A stretch of DNA of 64,000 nucleotides from a virus: IMG/VR virus record IMGVR_UViG_3300042332_000818, positions 55,390 through 119,389 of that record; one strand, 5' to 3'. Each line of letters begins with the position of its first letter. The stretch's first letter is position 1. A model generated the notes under the pieces. That model was not told the origin of the DNA and ran no database searches. It saw only the letters and a list, made by a program, of their open reading frames with translations. This document shows positions 11,056-19,789 of this stretch, in pieces. The position numbers and the translations under genes were made by a program.

Positions 11056-12984
11056 ATGAAAAAGTTTTGGTGGAGTCTCTCGACTTCTCTTATATCTTTA
11101 AGCGTTCTTGCTCAAAACGGTGCTAATGAAATACTTGTAGCACCCGCAAGTAACGACCCTTATATCCTTGTAGATACACTATTTACACTGGATAACTATC
11201 CGGCAACGTACACAGATGTATACGTTCACTTTGCTAACCCTACCGCTACTCCGGTAAAGGCTGTACAATTCCGACTCTTCTATGACAACGCTAAGTTTTC
11301 AAACGCTGTCATGTTTTGGGGACCGACCGCACAACCTATTACGGATAAGTACGGTTCTTATTTTACAAATGCTGGCTACATTAACGTAGTAGCATCATAT
11401 ACTGGTTCTACACCGAACTTTGACTGGGCAGACGGGGCTATGTTTAAGCTTCGTCTTTTTCATTCTAGTGCATACAATGGTATAGCCACTTCTATGGCAA
11501 TTTCAGGATCTAGTAATTATCCTGCTCTTGCAACCATTGGTAATGGTACTGACGTAAACCTTGAGCTCTATAGTTACGGTGGTGCTTTCCAGATGACCCC
11601 AATGACGTTTCCTGTAAAGGTTAGAAACGCTGATGGTTCACCCGCTCAAGGTGTTTGGTTCTCTGCTAAGAAGAGACTTAAGTCTACACCTCTTGCTACT
11701 TGGCAACCAATTGATACTGATTCAACTAATATGGCTGGTCTAGTAGAGTTCACTCACCCGCTTGATACAAACTACTGGCACATGAAGATCTCTGCACAAA
11801 CAGATTCTATGTCTGATGGTGGAGCTTTGACTATTGTAGATGCGTACAAGTTGGCTAACCACGTATCTTCTCAAGATACTCTAAGTGGTATTGAATACTA
11901 CGAAGGTGATATTAACGAAAGCCAGTCTGTAACTGTATCAGATGCATTTGCTGTATTCAATAGACTAGCTCTTAACCAATCAAACTGGGATCAATTATTT
12001 ACGGGAGTAAATAACGTATCAGTTCTTTGGCCTTCTCAGTGGGCAACTGCAAATGCTGCTACAACTGCACCTAACTGGACAAACGTACCTAGACTATATG
12101 TAATTGATTCTATTGTAAATAGTCTTGATTCTCTAGAACCTTACATCTATGTAGTAGGTGATGCTACAACTTCAGGATACAATAATCCTGCAACTATTCT
12201 TGCTAAGATGGCAAACCCTGGATCTGGTACAGATTACATTCTTGATCCGGCAGTATACTTCTCTAATAAGCCAGACTCAATTGAATTTAGAATTCCTAAG
12301 CTTATTGTAACAACTGATAACTACATTGATGTACCTGTGACAGTGTACACGTTTGGTAATAAGGTTGGAGCTCTGCAGATGGGAATCCAGTATGATACTG
12401 CGGTATTTGAGTTTGTGTCTCTGAATATGGGAGATTCTGCTTCAAAGTGGACATCATTTATGACGTTTAAAGATGGTGGTGTATTCTGGGCTGGTCACGA
12501 AGATAAGATGAACCCTGCTCTTCTTCAAGGACCGTCTCAAGTATTTACTTTCAGATTTGCAGTTAAGTCTATTCTTGGATGGAGAACTTCTCCTCTTGCA
12601 ATCTTTAACAAAGCTGCAGGTGATGAGAATGCTTATGATATGTCTATTCGTCCTTCACCAAATGATGGCTCTGTAATCAACGGTAAAGCTGATATGGATG
12701 AGGAGACTAGAGCTCTGCTCACTGGATTTATTACTTACCCTAACCCTGTAACTGATCTTACTAATCACTGGTTGATTGCAGACTTTTACATTGAAGACTT
12801 TACAAACTTTAGCGGTCTGGTTCTTAACTCTCAAGGCCAGATTGTTAAGTCAGTTTCTAGTAAAATCACTGAAAGAGGTTTCCAAACTCAAGGTATTTGG
12901 TTTGGTGATCTTCCTAACGGTATTTACATCGTGAAGCTGACAACTAACGATAGAGAGAAATTTTACAAAATCATTAAATATTAA
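11056..12984 (+). CDS. Secreted cohesin-dockerin-cohesin protein with T9SS C-terminal sorting domain
   Basis: Signal peptide ending A-Q. Cohesin-like VKAVQFRLFYD and VGALQMGIQYD; dockerin-like GDINESQSVTVSDA; C-terminal TYPNPV...LPNGIYIVKL..KIIKY. Confidence 0.75.
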   Translation: MKKFWWSLSTSLISLSVLAQNGANEILVAPASNDPYILVDTLFTLDNYPATYTDVYVHFANPTATPVKAVQFRLFYDNAKFSNAVMFWGPTAQPITDKYGSYFTNAGYINVVASYTGSTPNFDWADGAMFKLRLFHSSAYNGIATSMAISGSSNYPALATIGNGTDVNLELYSYGGAFQMTPMTFPVKVRNADGSPAQGVWFSAKKRLKSTPLATWQPIDTDSTNMAGLVEFTHPLDTNYWHMKISAQTDSMSDGGALTIVDAYKLANHVSSQDTLSGIEYYEGDINESQSVTVSDAFAVFNRLALNQSNWDQLFTGVNNVSVLWPSQWATANAATTAPNWTNVPRLYVIDSIVNSLDSLEPYIYVVGDATTSGYNNPATILAKMANPGSGTDYILDPAVYFSNKPDSIEFRIPKLIVTTDNYIDVPVTVYTFGNKVGALQMGIQYDTAVFEFVSLNMGDSASKWTSFMTFKDGGVFWAGHEDKMNPALLQGPSQVFTFRFAVKSILGWRTSPLAIFNKAAGDENAYDMSIRPSPNDGSVINGKADMDEETRALLTGFITYPNPVTDLTNHWLIADFYIEDFTNFSGLVLNSQGQIVKSVSSKITERGFQTQGIWFGDLPNGIYIVKLTTNDREKFYKIIKY

Positions 12985-12989
12985 AAACC

Positions 12990-13394
12990 ATGAGCGAAGA
13001 AACTCAAGAAGGAGGACTGTCAGGACTTAAGAAAACTATCTTAGGTGTTGCAGGAACAGCAGTAACCGGATTTGGAATCTGGGCTACTACTAATATCAAT
13101 AAGATCTTTGGTGTTGAAGAAGAGTCTGAAGTAAAGACTGAGCAAGTTGCTGAAGCTCCTGCCTCTGCAGGACAAGCAGCCGCACCAATTGTTCTAAACA
13201 TTGATAACTCTGCTACTAATAATGCTTCTGCTGGAGGTGGTGGTACAAACACTATCATTAAGGAAACCGTACGTGAAGTACCAGTTGCACAACCGGCTGC
13301 AGCTGCTCCTGTAGAAGAGAAGAAAGAAACTACTGCAGAGCGTATTGCAAGACTTAAGAAAGAAAAAGCTGATAAAGATGGAGCACAGAACTAG
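12990..13394 (+). CDS. Membrane-anchored low-complexity protein
   Basis: N-terminal hydrophobic helix followed by an A/P/N-rich disordered tail; lies within the CsgG operon. Confidence 0.6.
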   Translation: MSEETQEGGLSGLKKTILGVAGTAVTGFGIWATTNINKIFGVEEESEVKTEQVAEAPASAGQAAAPIVLNIDNSATNNASAGGGGTNTIIKETVREVPVAQPAAAAPVEEKKETTAERIARLKKEKADKDGAQN

Positions 13395-14124
13395 AAAAGA
13401 AGAACTAATGGCAATGGTTGCCAGTGTTCTCGGTATTGCAATGATTATTGCTTTTCTGATTACTGTCGGAGGAGTAGCAACATCTTGTTCTTCATCAATT
13501 TCTACTACACAATACCAAGCTGAATTTGAAAAAGCTCAACCTCTAAATACATTTCCTGTATTCACTGGTGAGAAAAAAGTAATTCAGATTGCCAATCTTA
13601 ACGTTAATAAGGAACTGTGGGAGATGTTTCCAGAACTTAGAGACAAGAGAGTTGGTATGGGTGTTTCTAACCGTATTGTAGAAAACTTTGAGGTGACTCA
13701 GAGATTCTTGTATGCGGAAGAAAAGGAAGCCATTGTTAATCAAATGCTTGATGTATGGGAGAAAGATCTCAATGACATGGGTGACGGTAGAACCAAGCTC
13801 AACGTGGGCTCGGTAGTTCTGCCTAAGTACATTGTCTATGCAGAGATCTATGAATTCTCTACGTCTTATGGGGAAACTTACGATAAAGGAAAACTTCAGA
13901 AGACTAATACTACTATCATCGGTATTCAAATTAAGATGGTTAATGTAGATAACTCTCAATATATTGTTGCATCTGGTCAAGGAACTTCTACTCAGGTTGG
14001 TGAGGGCTTCTTTAAGAATCCCACTATGGGCTTTGATCAGTCAACGGTGGGTGTAGCTACACAACGTGCGTTAGAGGTTGCCACGGTAAACCTTATGAAG
14101 CGCATGGACCAATATGGATGGTAA
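13378..14124 (+). CDS. csgG: CsgG/HfaB-family (curli-type secretion channel) lipoprotein
   Basis: Hydrophobic leader with lipobox-like VATSC. CsgG-like pattern: RFLYAEEK, IVYAEIYEFS, IGIQIKMVNVDNSQYIVASG, C-terminal helix ATQRALEVATVNL. Confidence 0.7.
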   Translation: MEHRTRKEELMAMVASVLGIAMIIAFLITVGGVATSCSSSISTTQYQAEFEKAQPLNTFPVFTGEKKVIQIANLNVNKELWEMFPELRDKRVGMGVSNRIVENFEVTQRFLYAEEKEAIVNQMLDVWEKDLNDMGDGRTKLNVGSVVLPKYIVYAEIYEFSTSYGETYDKGKLQKTNTTIIGIQIKMVNVDNSQYIVASGQGTSTQVGEGFFKNPTMGFDQSTVGVATQRALEVATVNLMKRMDQYGW

Positions 14125-15604
14125 ATTCAAAATATTATTATTATTTCTGCTGGGATGTATAGGGTTGCAAGCACAAACGTTTACTTACAACTACACGGAT
14201 CCTTGTACGGGAATGCTACAGACGGTCACCCTGTCTCAGACATCTGGGACAGTGGTGATGTTTTATGCTGGGCAGTACCAAACTTTTACAGCAGCTCAAC
14301 TTCAGTCAGGAGCTTATGAAAACTGGATTGCTCAAATTAATACTCAGTTTCCTCCAGGTAGCAACCCTTGTGCAGGTAACGGTTCTTCTAACGCTAATAA
14401 TAGTAACGCAAACATCGGTACAAACACAGCAAATAGTGTTAGTGGCATTGTCTCTATTAGCACTTCCATTGCGGGAAGCCTCGGTGGAGGTAGCGTAAGT
14501 TCAGGTTCAATATCAACAGGTAATACAAATGGATCATCGTCATCTTCTGGTAGCAGTTCTAATGATAACACTAACAATAACAGTGGGTCTTCTGGGTCTT
14601 CAGGTGGGTCATCCTCTGGTTCCTCTGGTAGCTCTGGCTCTAATTCTGGTGGAACTAGTGGTGGTTCTAGTTCTGGCGGTGGTAACACCGGAGGATCAGG
14701 AAGTAGCTCGGGTGGTTCGTCTGGCTCATCAGGTGGAGGTAACTCAGGTAGACCAGACAGTGGTGGTAGTACCGGAGGAGGTACTGGAACATCAGGTAGT
14801 AATCCTGACGGAGGAGCAACGGGTGGTACGTCTGAAAGCACTGGAGGAGCTAGCTCTACTGGGGGAACTTCAGAGAATACAACAACAGCATCTGGAGGAG
14901 AATCAGAAAGCTCCGGAGACTCCGGTGGTGGAGGAGGTGGTGGTAATAAACCAAAACAAAAGCAAGAAAAAATAGGTAGAGGTTCTCTGATTGGTTCAGG
15001 GGATTTTGTTATTATCCGTAATGGTAATGACATTAGTAAGCGTAATGATAATGTACGCTTCAATGCGTCAGTTACTCACGTTAACACCAAGCAAAACTTT
15101 ATCAAGGGTGTCAATCTGAACTATACCACAGGAGAGAATGTAGCTAACCTTACTCTGTATGGGTCCTATAAGAAAAAAGATTTCATGGCGGTGGGGTCCA
15201 ATTCTTTCATGACTAATTTTAAATCTGATTGGTTTAACACGGTAACTATTCTAGGTGCACAGAAACTTTGGAAGTTTACCTTCATGGGAGGTAGCAACTT
15301 TACATTGGGTCAGATAGGTAAATCTGGTTTCCAGAACTGGTCTATGGTAGGTGGTGCGTTCACTAATTTCAAAGGAGGTAAGACTGTATCTGCTAACATA
15401 ATGGCTCTAGGTGTATACTCACCTTATATCTTTTATTACGAAGGACAATGGTACAAGTCTGGCTTTCTTATTGTACCTCTAGCAAACGTTGACTTTAAAC
15501 TTACCGATAAGTTTAAGTGGAGTATCTCATTCTCAGGAGCATACCAATACAACGCTGACATTCTTAACTTTCAGTTATCAACCGGTACAAAGATGTTGCT
15601 ATGA
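14114..15604 (+). CDS. Secreted protein: Cys-containing N-domain, ~200-aa Gly/Ser linker and ~12-strand beta-barrel
   Basis: Signal peptide ending A-Q; two Cys (DPC, NPC); G/S/N tract; alternating amphipathic strands running to the C-terminus. Confidence 0.65.
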   Translation: MDGKFKILLLFLLGCIGLQAQTFTYNYTDPCTGMLQTVTLSQTSGTVVMFYAGQYQTFTAAQLQSGAYENWIAQINTQFPPGSNPCAGNGSSNANNSNANIGTNTANSVSGIVSISTSIAGSLGGGSVSSGSISTGNTNGSSSSSGSSSNDNTNNNSGSSGSSGGSSSGSSGSSGSNSGGTSGGSSSGGGNTGGSGSSSGGSSGSSGGGNSGRPDSGGSTGGGTGTSGSNPDGGATGGTSESTGGASSTGGTSENTTTASGGESESSGDSGGGGGGGNKPKQKQEKIGRGSLIGSGDFVIIRNGNDISKRNDNVRFNASVTHVNTKQNFIKGVNLNYTTGENVANLTLYGSYKKKDFMAVGSNSFMTNFKSDWFNTVTILGAQKLWKFTFMGGSNFTLGQIGKSGFQNWSMVGGAFTNFKGGKTVSANIMALGVYSPYIFYYEGQWYKSGFLIVPLANVDFKLTDKFKWSISFSGAYQYNADILNFQLSTGTKMLL

Positions 15605-16722
15605 GAAAGTTTATTTTAAGTCTAATTTTTATACTGTCGGTATCAATCCAGACGTATTCTCAAACTATTACCCTGACTCCAATTGGAACTCAAGATGTTA
15701 GTGGTATACCGGTTACTGTAGACCATTATGTCACTACAGCTAATGGTACTACATCTGTAAAAATATATAGAACTCACTACGGAAACGGCAACACTTCTCA
15801 GTATGCAATATATCCTGGTACTCGTACTGAGATGAATAAGCTGTTTAATACTGCTTATGCTGCTACAACTTTATGGTGGAGTGGTAATATGAGTGCTAAC
15901 TCTTCTTTAAACTTCTATCAATTTACTACACTTACTAATGCTGGAGCTAGTGTACCTCCTAATGGGGATTACTATGCCACCGAAGTAACGTTCACTTTTG
16001 TTGCTGCAGAAACAGGGACCTATTCTTTTGGTCTTACCTCTGATGATGGTTCTGATCTAGCAATAAACGGAACCTCTGTAGTAGAATGGTATGGTGGCAA
16101 GGGTACCGGACAGTATAAATATGGTAACTATTCAATGGTTGCAGGAACTCAGTATACAGTGGTAGCTCGCATGCAAGAATACGGTGGAGGAGACGGACTA
16201 GTATTGGTATGGAGAAGACCATCACAAGGTTCTTGGTCTTTACAATTATCAGAGATTGGTGTTACCTCTAGTTCTTGGGTGAGTCAGGGGACCAAGAATA
16301 CAAATGCTTCCGGACAAGTATCATGGACTAATTCTTCTAACTGGCCTTATAGAGTGACGGTAGATGTCACTAATAATTATCATACTCTTACAGATGCGGA
16401 TATGAACTATCTCATGTATAAGAAGGCAGGATTATCTCCACTGCAATCATGGGACTTCTATACTTGCGATATAAATAATTCTACTGTGTTTGATTATGAT
16501 GATATAGTTTTTGGATATGTCATCTGGTCCCAAGGTCATCTACACAATAAGTATATTTTTACTAAAGCTCAGCGAGATGCTATAATTACATCACCGTCTA
16601 CAAATTTTTATACTACTTACTTCCCTGTTCAAACATTGATTGTGGAAAATCAAAATCTGTTTTACATAATGGGGACAGGTAAACATCAAACTACTATTAA
16701 TAACTTAAATAGAATACAATGA
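15601..16722 (+). CDS. Secreted PA14-domain protein with dockerin-like repeat
   Basis: Signal peptide ending S-Q. PA14 signature GTYSFGLTSDDGSDL...QEYGGGDGLVLVW; dockerin-like DINNSTVFDYDD. Confidence 0.75.
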   Translation: MRKFILSLIFILSVSIQTYSQTITLTPIGTQDVSGIPVTVDHYVTTANGTTSVKIYRTHYGNGNTSQYAIYPGTRTEMNKLFNTAYAATTLWWSGNMSANSSLNFYQFTTLTNAGASVPPNGDYYATEVTFTFVAAETGTYSFGLTSDDGSDLAINGTSVVEWYGGKGTGQYKYGNYSMVAGTQYTVVARMQEYGGGDGLVLVWRRPSQGSWSLQLSEIGVTSSSWVSQGTKNTNASGQVSWTNSSNWPYRVTVDVTNNYHTLTDADMNYLMYKKAGLSPLQSWDFYTCDINNSTVFDYDDIVFGYVIWSQGHLHNKYIFTKAQRDAIITSPSTNFYTTYFPVQTLIVENQNLFYIMGTGKHQTTINNLNRIQ

Positions 16723-17138
16723 ACCCCATTTTGATAATGTGCTTTTACGTTGCTAGCGTAAGCTCTCAAGATAATCTAGCAGGTATTGATAACCAGAAGT
16801 TCACTTTTGGTCTCAAGCAAATGACTGAAGATATTCTTCTACAACAAGGAAATCCTTTGTGTGATCAGTCTTCAGAAGGTGCAAGTCCGGTGTATGTAAC
16901 AGTCACTGACATCAAAGCTCCAACTCAAGGTATACGTCTAGGTCCGTTTGAATTTAAACAAAAGAAAACCATCGTAGAGGTAGACATTGCAATTGGTTCT
17001 AAAGTCTATCACGGAGTAGGAAAAGCTAATACAAATGTTGCTGCAACCATGATGCAGCTTCAGGATGAAAACCTTGCATTTGAAAGAACAGAATTTTCTG
17101 TTGCTGTTAAGAAGGCAATAGTTGATGCTCTGGACTAA
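16719..17138 (+). CDS. Small CsgG-like/accessory envelope protein
   Basis: Strand pattern and C-terminal helix (FERTEFSVAVKKAIVDAL) parallel the CsgG-like protein (FDQSTVGVATQRALEVA). Confidence 0.45.
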   Translation: MNPILIMCFYVASVSSQDNLAGIDNQKFTFGLKQMTEDILLQQGNPLCDQSSEGASPVYVTVTDIKAPTQGIRLGPFEFKQKKTIVEVDIAIGSKVYHGVGKANTNVAATMMQLQDENLAFERTEFSVAVKKAIVDALD

Positions 17139-17180
17139 ATTTCGTATATTTTATATAGGACCAACAATCAAAACCAACAG
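17133..17180 (+). promoter_or_regulatory. Second copy of the late promoter/leader
   Basis: GACTAAATTTCGTATATTTTATATAGG...AAAACCAACA matches 10986-11030. Confidence 0.55.
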
Positions 17181-17182
17181 TC

Positions 17183-17446
17183 ATGTTTAATCAATTAAAG
17201 AAGAAGTTTATGGCTTTTTGGGATATTTTCAAGGACAATAATGAGTGGAACGAGAAGACTATTGTTGGTTTCTTGTCATTCGCTGTAATGAGCATTACAG
17301 CTATTGCCGATGTAGTAACAGGTATTATGGGCAAAGAGCTCATCATCTCTGATACAATTTTTAATTCGTTTGTAATAATCACACTGGGAGCTTTCGGTAT
17401 TGCTGAAGCTGGAAAGATCTTCGGTGGTAAAAAAGAAGAAGAATGA
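17183..17446 (+). CDS. Holin
   Basis: 87 aa with 2 TM helices and a charged C-terminus; overlaps the endolysin start. Confidence 0.65.
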   Translation: MFNQLKKKFMAFWDIFKDNNEWNEKTIVGFLSFAVMSITAIADVVTGIMGKELIISDTIFNSFVIITLGAFGIAEAGKIFGGKKEEE

Positions 17447-18057
17447 GTCTAAAGAGTCTACAAACCAAAGCGGGTGTTACGGCAGATGGAGCATTTGGTC
17501 CGGGCACTCTAAAAGCAGGAATGGCTTACTACAAGTTTACACCTGAACGTGCTGCACATTTCTTTGCACAAACAGCTCACGAGACCGGAGGCTTTAAAGC
17601 TTTCTCTGAGAATCTGAACTACGGTGCTAAAGGATTGCTTGGTATTTTTAAAAAGTACTTCCCTACAGAAGCTCTAGCTGCTCAGTATGAGCGTAAGCCA
17701 GAGAAGATTGCAAACCGTGTGTATGCATCTCGTATGGGTAATGGTGATGAAGCATCTGGTGACGGATGGAAGTACCGTGGACGTGGTGCTCTGCAATTGA
17801 CCGGTAAGTCTAACTACCAAGCATTTGCTGATTACTTGAAGAAGCCAGAGATCATGACTAACCCTGATCTGGTTGCTACTGAGTATGCATTTGAATCTGC
17901 TATCTTCTTCTTTGATCGTAATAAGTTGTGGGATATCTGTGATAAAGGTGTAAACAACGACACTATTCTTGCTCTTACAAAGAGAATCAATGGAGGTACT
18001 CACGGTCTAGAGGATCGTAAAGAAAAAACCCTGAAGTACTACGGATGGGTAAAGTAA
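17443..18057 (+). CDS. Glycoside hydrolase family 19 endolysin with short PG-binding N-terminus
   Basis: Motifs AHFFAQTAHETGGF, ENLNY, YRGRGALQLTGKSNY, TKRINGG; N-terminal ADGAFGPGT. Confidence 0.92.
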   Translation: MSLKSLQTKAGVTADGAFGPGTLKAGMAYYKFTPERAAHFFAQTAHETGGFKAFSENLNYGAKGLLGIFKKYFPTEALAAQYERKPEKIANRVYASRMGNGDEASGDGWKYRGRGALQLTGKSNYQAFADYLKKPEIMTNPDLVATEYAFESAIFFFDRNKLWDICDKGVNNDTILALTKRINGGTHGLEDRKEKTLKYYGWVK

Positions 18058-18067
18058 AGTACATTTT

Positions 18068-18108
18068 GAGGGGACTCCTACGTGCTACGTTGGAGTTCCT
18101 CTCTTTTC
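18068..18108 (+). terminator. Intrinsic terminator after the endolysin
   Basis: GAGGGGACTCC..GGAGTTCCTC stem followed by a T-rich tail. Confidence 0.6.
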
Positions 18109-18133
18109 ATTAACCTTTTAATTAAACCAACTT

Positions 18134-18277
18134 ATGGCAAAGATTAAAGCTCAATCGGCTGCTACTTTTAAACCAAGAGTTCCGAAAAGCCGTCCTGGTG
18201 TTCACTCTAAGACTAAAACTTCAGTATTGAAGAGTTCTAGAAATTACAAGAAATCTTATAGAGGTCAAGGTAAATAA
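18134..18277 (+). CDS. Small basic protein (47 aa)
   Basis: MAKIKAQ...KKSYRGQGK; below the ORF-track cutoff; preceded by an AAACCAAC leader. Confidence 0.6.
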   Translation: MAKIKAQSAATFKPRVPKSRPGVHSKTKTSVLKSSRNYKKSYRGQGK

Positions 18278-18390
18278 TGGCAAAGGCACATAAAGAGGTT
18301 CCAAAACCTACAAATAGGAAGACAGTTCTGCTAAGAAATAGAAGAATTCAGTCTAACTTAGAGGTCTTAAAAAGACTTCAAGAAAAATAA
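18277..18390 (+). CDS. Small basic protein (37 aa)
   Basis: TAATG coupling to the previous ORF; ends 5 nt before phoH. Confidence 0.45.
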   Translation: MAKAHKEVPKPTNRKTVLLRNRRIQSNLEVLKRLQEK

Positions 18391-18395
18391 CCCAG

Positions 18396-19079
18396 ATGCA
18401 AAGAGATTATAATGATGAGGTGTTTCAAGCAAAGAGACGCCCCAAGAATCCTATTAAGTTTAATATCCAGCTTAATGAAGAACAGAAAATCGCTAAAGAG
18501 ATTATACTTGCAAATCCTGTTACGGTTCTTAAGGGTATGGCAGGAAGTGGTAAAACTTTGGTTGCTGTTCAAACTGCACTGGACCTTTTATTCACTAAAC
18601 AAGTCGAAAAGATTATCATCACGAGACCAACAGTGGCTAAAGAAGACATTGGCTTCCTCCCAGGAGACATCAAAGAAAAAATGGACCCGTGGCTTGCACC
18701 AATCTACCACAACCTCTATCTCCTCTACTCAAAAGAAAAGATTGACAAAGAAGTAGAAGAAGGTAGAATTGAGATCTTACCATTTGCTTTTATGCGGGGT
18801 AGAACGTTTGTTAATGCTTTTGTTATTGTAGACGAAGCACAGAACGTTACTCACACACAAATGGAGATGGTACTTGGTCGTCTTGGTAAAGGTAGCTGGA
18901 TGTCTATATGTGGAGACCTTGCTCAGGTAGACCTTAAGAATAAAAAAGAAACCGGGTTTTCTTTTCTCTCTAGGGTAGAAGAACAAGTGAAAGGTGTGCG
19001 GGTAGTTGTGCTCAAGCAGAATCACCGGCACCCAATAGTAGAACCTATTCTAGAAGTATATCAAACATTTAGAGATTAG
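18396..19079 (+). CDS. phoH: PhoH-family ATPase
   Basis: Motifs GMAGSGKT, TRP, GFLPGD, FMRGRT, DEAQN, GDLAQVD, HRHP. Confidence 0.95.
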   Translation: MQRDYNDEVFQAKRRPKNPIKFNIQLNEEQKIAKEIILANPVTVLKGMAGSGKTLVAVQTALDLLFTKQVEKIIITRPTVAKEDIGFLPGDIKEKMDPWLAPIYHNLYLLYSKEKIDKEVEEGRIEILPFAFMRGRTFVNAFVIVDEAQNVTHTQMEMVLGRLGKGSWMSICGDLAQVDLKNKKETGFSFLSRVEEQVKGVRVVVLKQNHRHPIVEPILEVYQTFRD

Positions 19080-19085
19080 GAAAAT

Positions 19086-19119
19086 GAAAAGAGAGGGCTA
19101 TTAACCCTCTCTTTTTTTT
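19086..19119. terminator. Bidirectional terminator between convergent operons
   Basis: AAAAGAGAGGG-ctattaa-CCCTCTCTTTT inverted repeat with A and T runs. Confidence 0.75.
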
Positions 19120-19150
19120 CCTCCATACGGAGTGTGCATGGCATGCAATA

Positions 19151-19218
19151 AGGGGGTAGACCCGGGCCCAACTGAGCCGTTCCTCAGATACGGAAGGGCC
19201 CTTTTTAAGGTCTACCTT
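19151..19218. ncRNA. Candidate pseudoknotted RNA element
   Basis: Nested stems GGTAGACC/GGTCTACC and GGGCCC/GGGCCC enclose crossing pairs CTGAG/CTCAG and CCGT/ACGG. Confidence 0.4.
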
Positions 19219-19385
19219 TAGATGTTATTCTTCTTATTTTTATTGTAATAGAACTGACGCTTTTGCTTTTGTCTTAGATCTTCAAACTCTTCTTTCAAAG
19301 TTTTGAGATCTTTCTTTACATTGAGTAAGATACCCAAATATACAACAGCAAGGATAAAGCCAACAACGGCTAATGCAATTTCCAT
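19218..19385 (-). CDS. Small membrane protein (55 aa)
   Basis: MEIALAVVGFILAVVYLGILL TM segment followed by a coiled coil. Confidence 0.55.
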   Translation of the reverse strand: MEIALAVVGFILAVVYLGILLNVKKDLKTLKEEFEDLRQKQKRQFYYNKNKKNNI

Positions 19386-19387
19386 AA

Positions 19388-19723
19388 TTATTTATTTATT
19401 TGAATTCTTTCTTTCAACATTGCTTCAATAAGAATCATGTAGTTGATGACATCGCCAAACTTTTCATCAATCAGTTTGTCTGTAAGATGATCTTCTTTGC
19501 CGCTATCAACCTCTCTAATAAGAGCACGTACCGATTGAATGTGTTTGGTAACGTAACCCCAAGCAATAGCCTCTCTGGTATTAGCTAAACCAATAGAAAC
19601 ACCTTCTTCAAAGTTTTCAAAGGCTCCTAAGTTGTAAGAATACTCATCACCTTTTGCTTGTAGCACATTAGAGGTTCGTTCTTTAACGAAGTCAACGTAA
19701 TTAGAAAAGTCTTTTCTGTTCAT
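19388..19723 (-). CDS. DUF1599-like nucleotide-modification-associated helical protein
   Basis: Pattern KGDEYS..NFE..TKH..EKFGDVINYMIL. Confidence 0.55.
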   Translation of the reverse strand: MNRKDFSNYVDFVKERTSNVLQAKGDEYSYNLGAFENFEEGVSIGLANTREAIAWGYVTKHIQSVRALIREVDSGKEDHLTDKLIDEKFGDVINYMILIEAMLKERIQINK

Positions 19724-19789
19724 GATTTAAAGTTTTGAGTTTGGTAACCGCCCCCGGATACCAGGGACGGTCACACAAACAACCCAAAG

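Noticed and set aside
14400-14950. Curlin (CsgA/CsgB) subunit
   Set aside because: The G/S/N tract lacks the periodic Q-x-G-x-x-N curlin repeats and is better read as a flexible linker.
14344-15063. 239-aa Pro-rich - strand ORF and the alternative-frame ORFs 14265 and 14529
   Set aside because: These are shadows of the Gly/Ser-coding tract in 14114-15604.
19165-19200. Hammerhead ribozyme (CUGAGGA on the - strand)
   Set aside because: No correctly placed GAAA or stem II/III. The CUGAUAA..GAAAC in 44577-44706 is likewise non-canonical.
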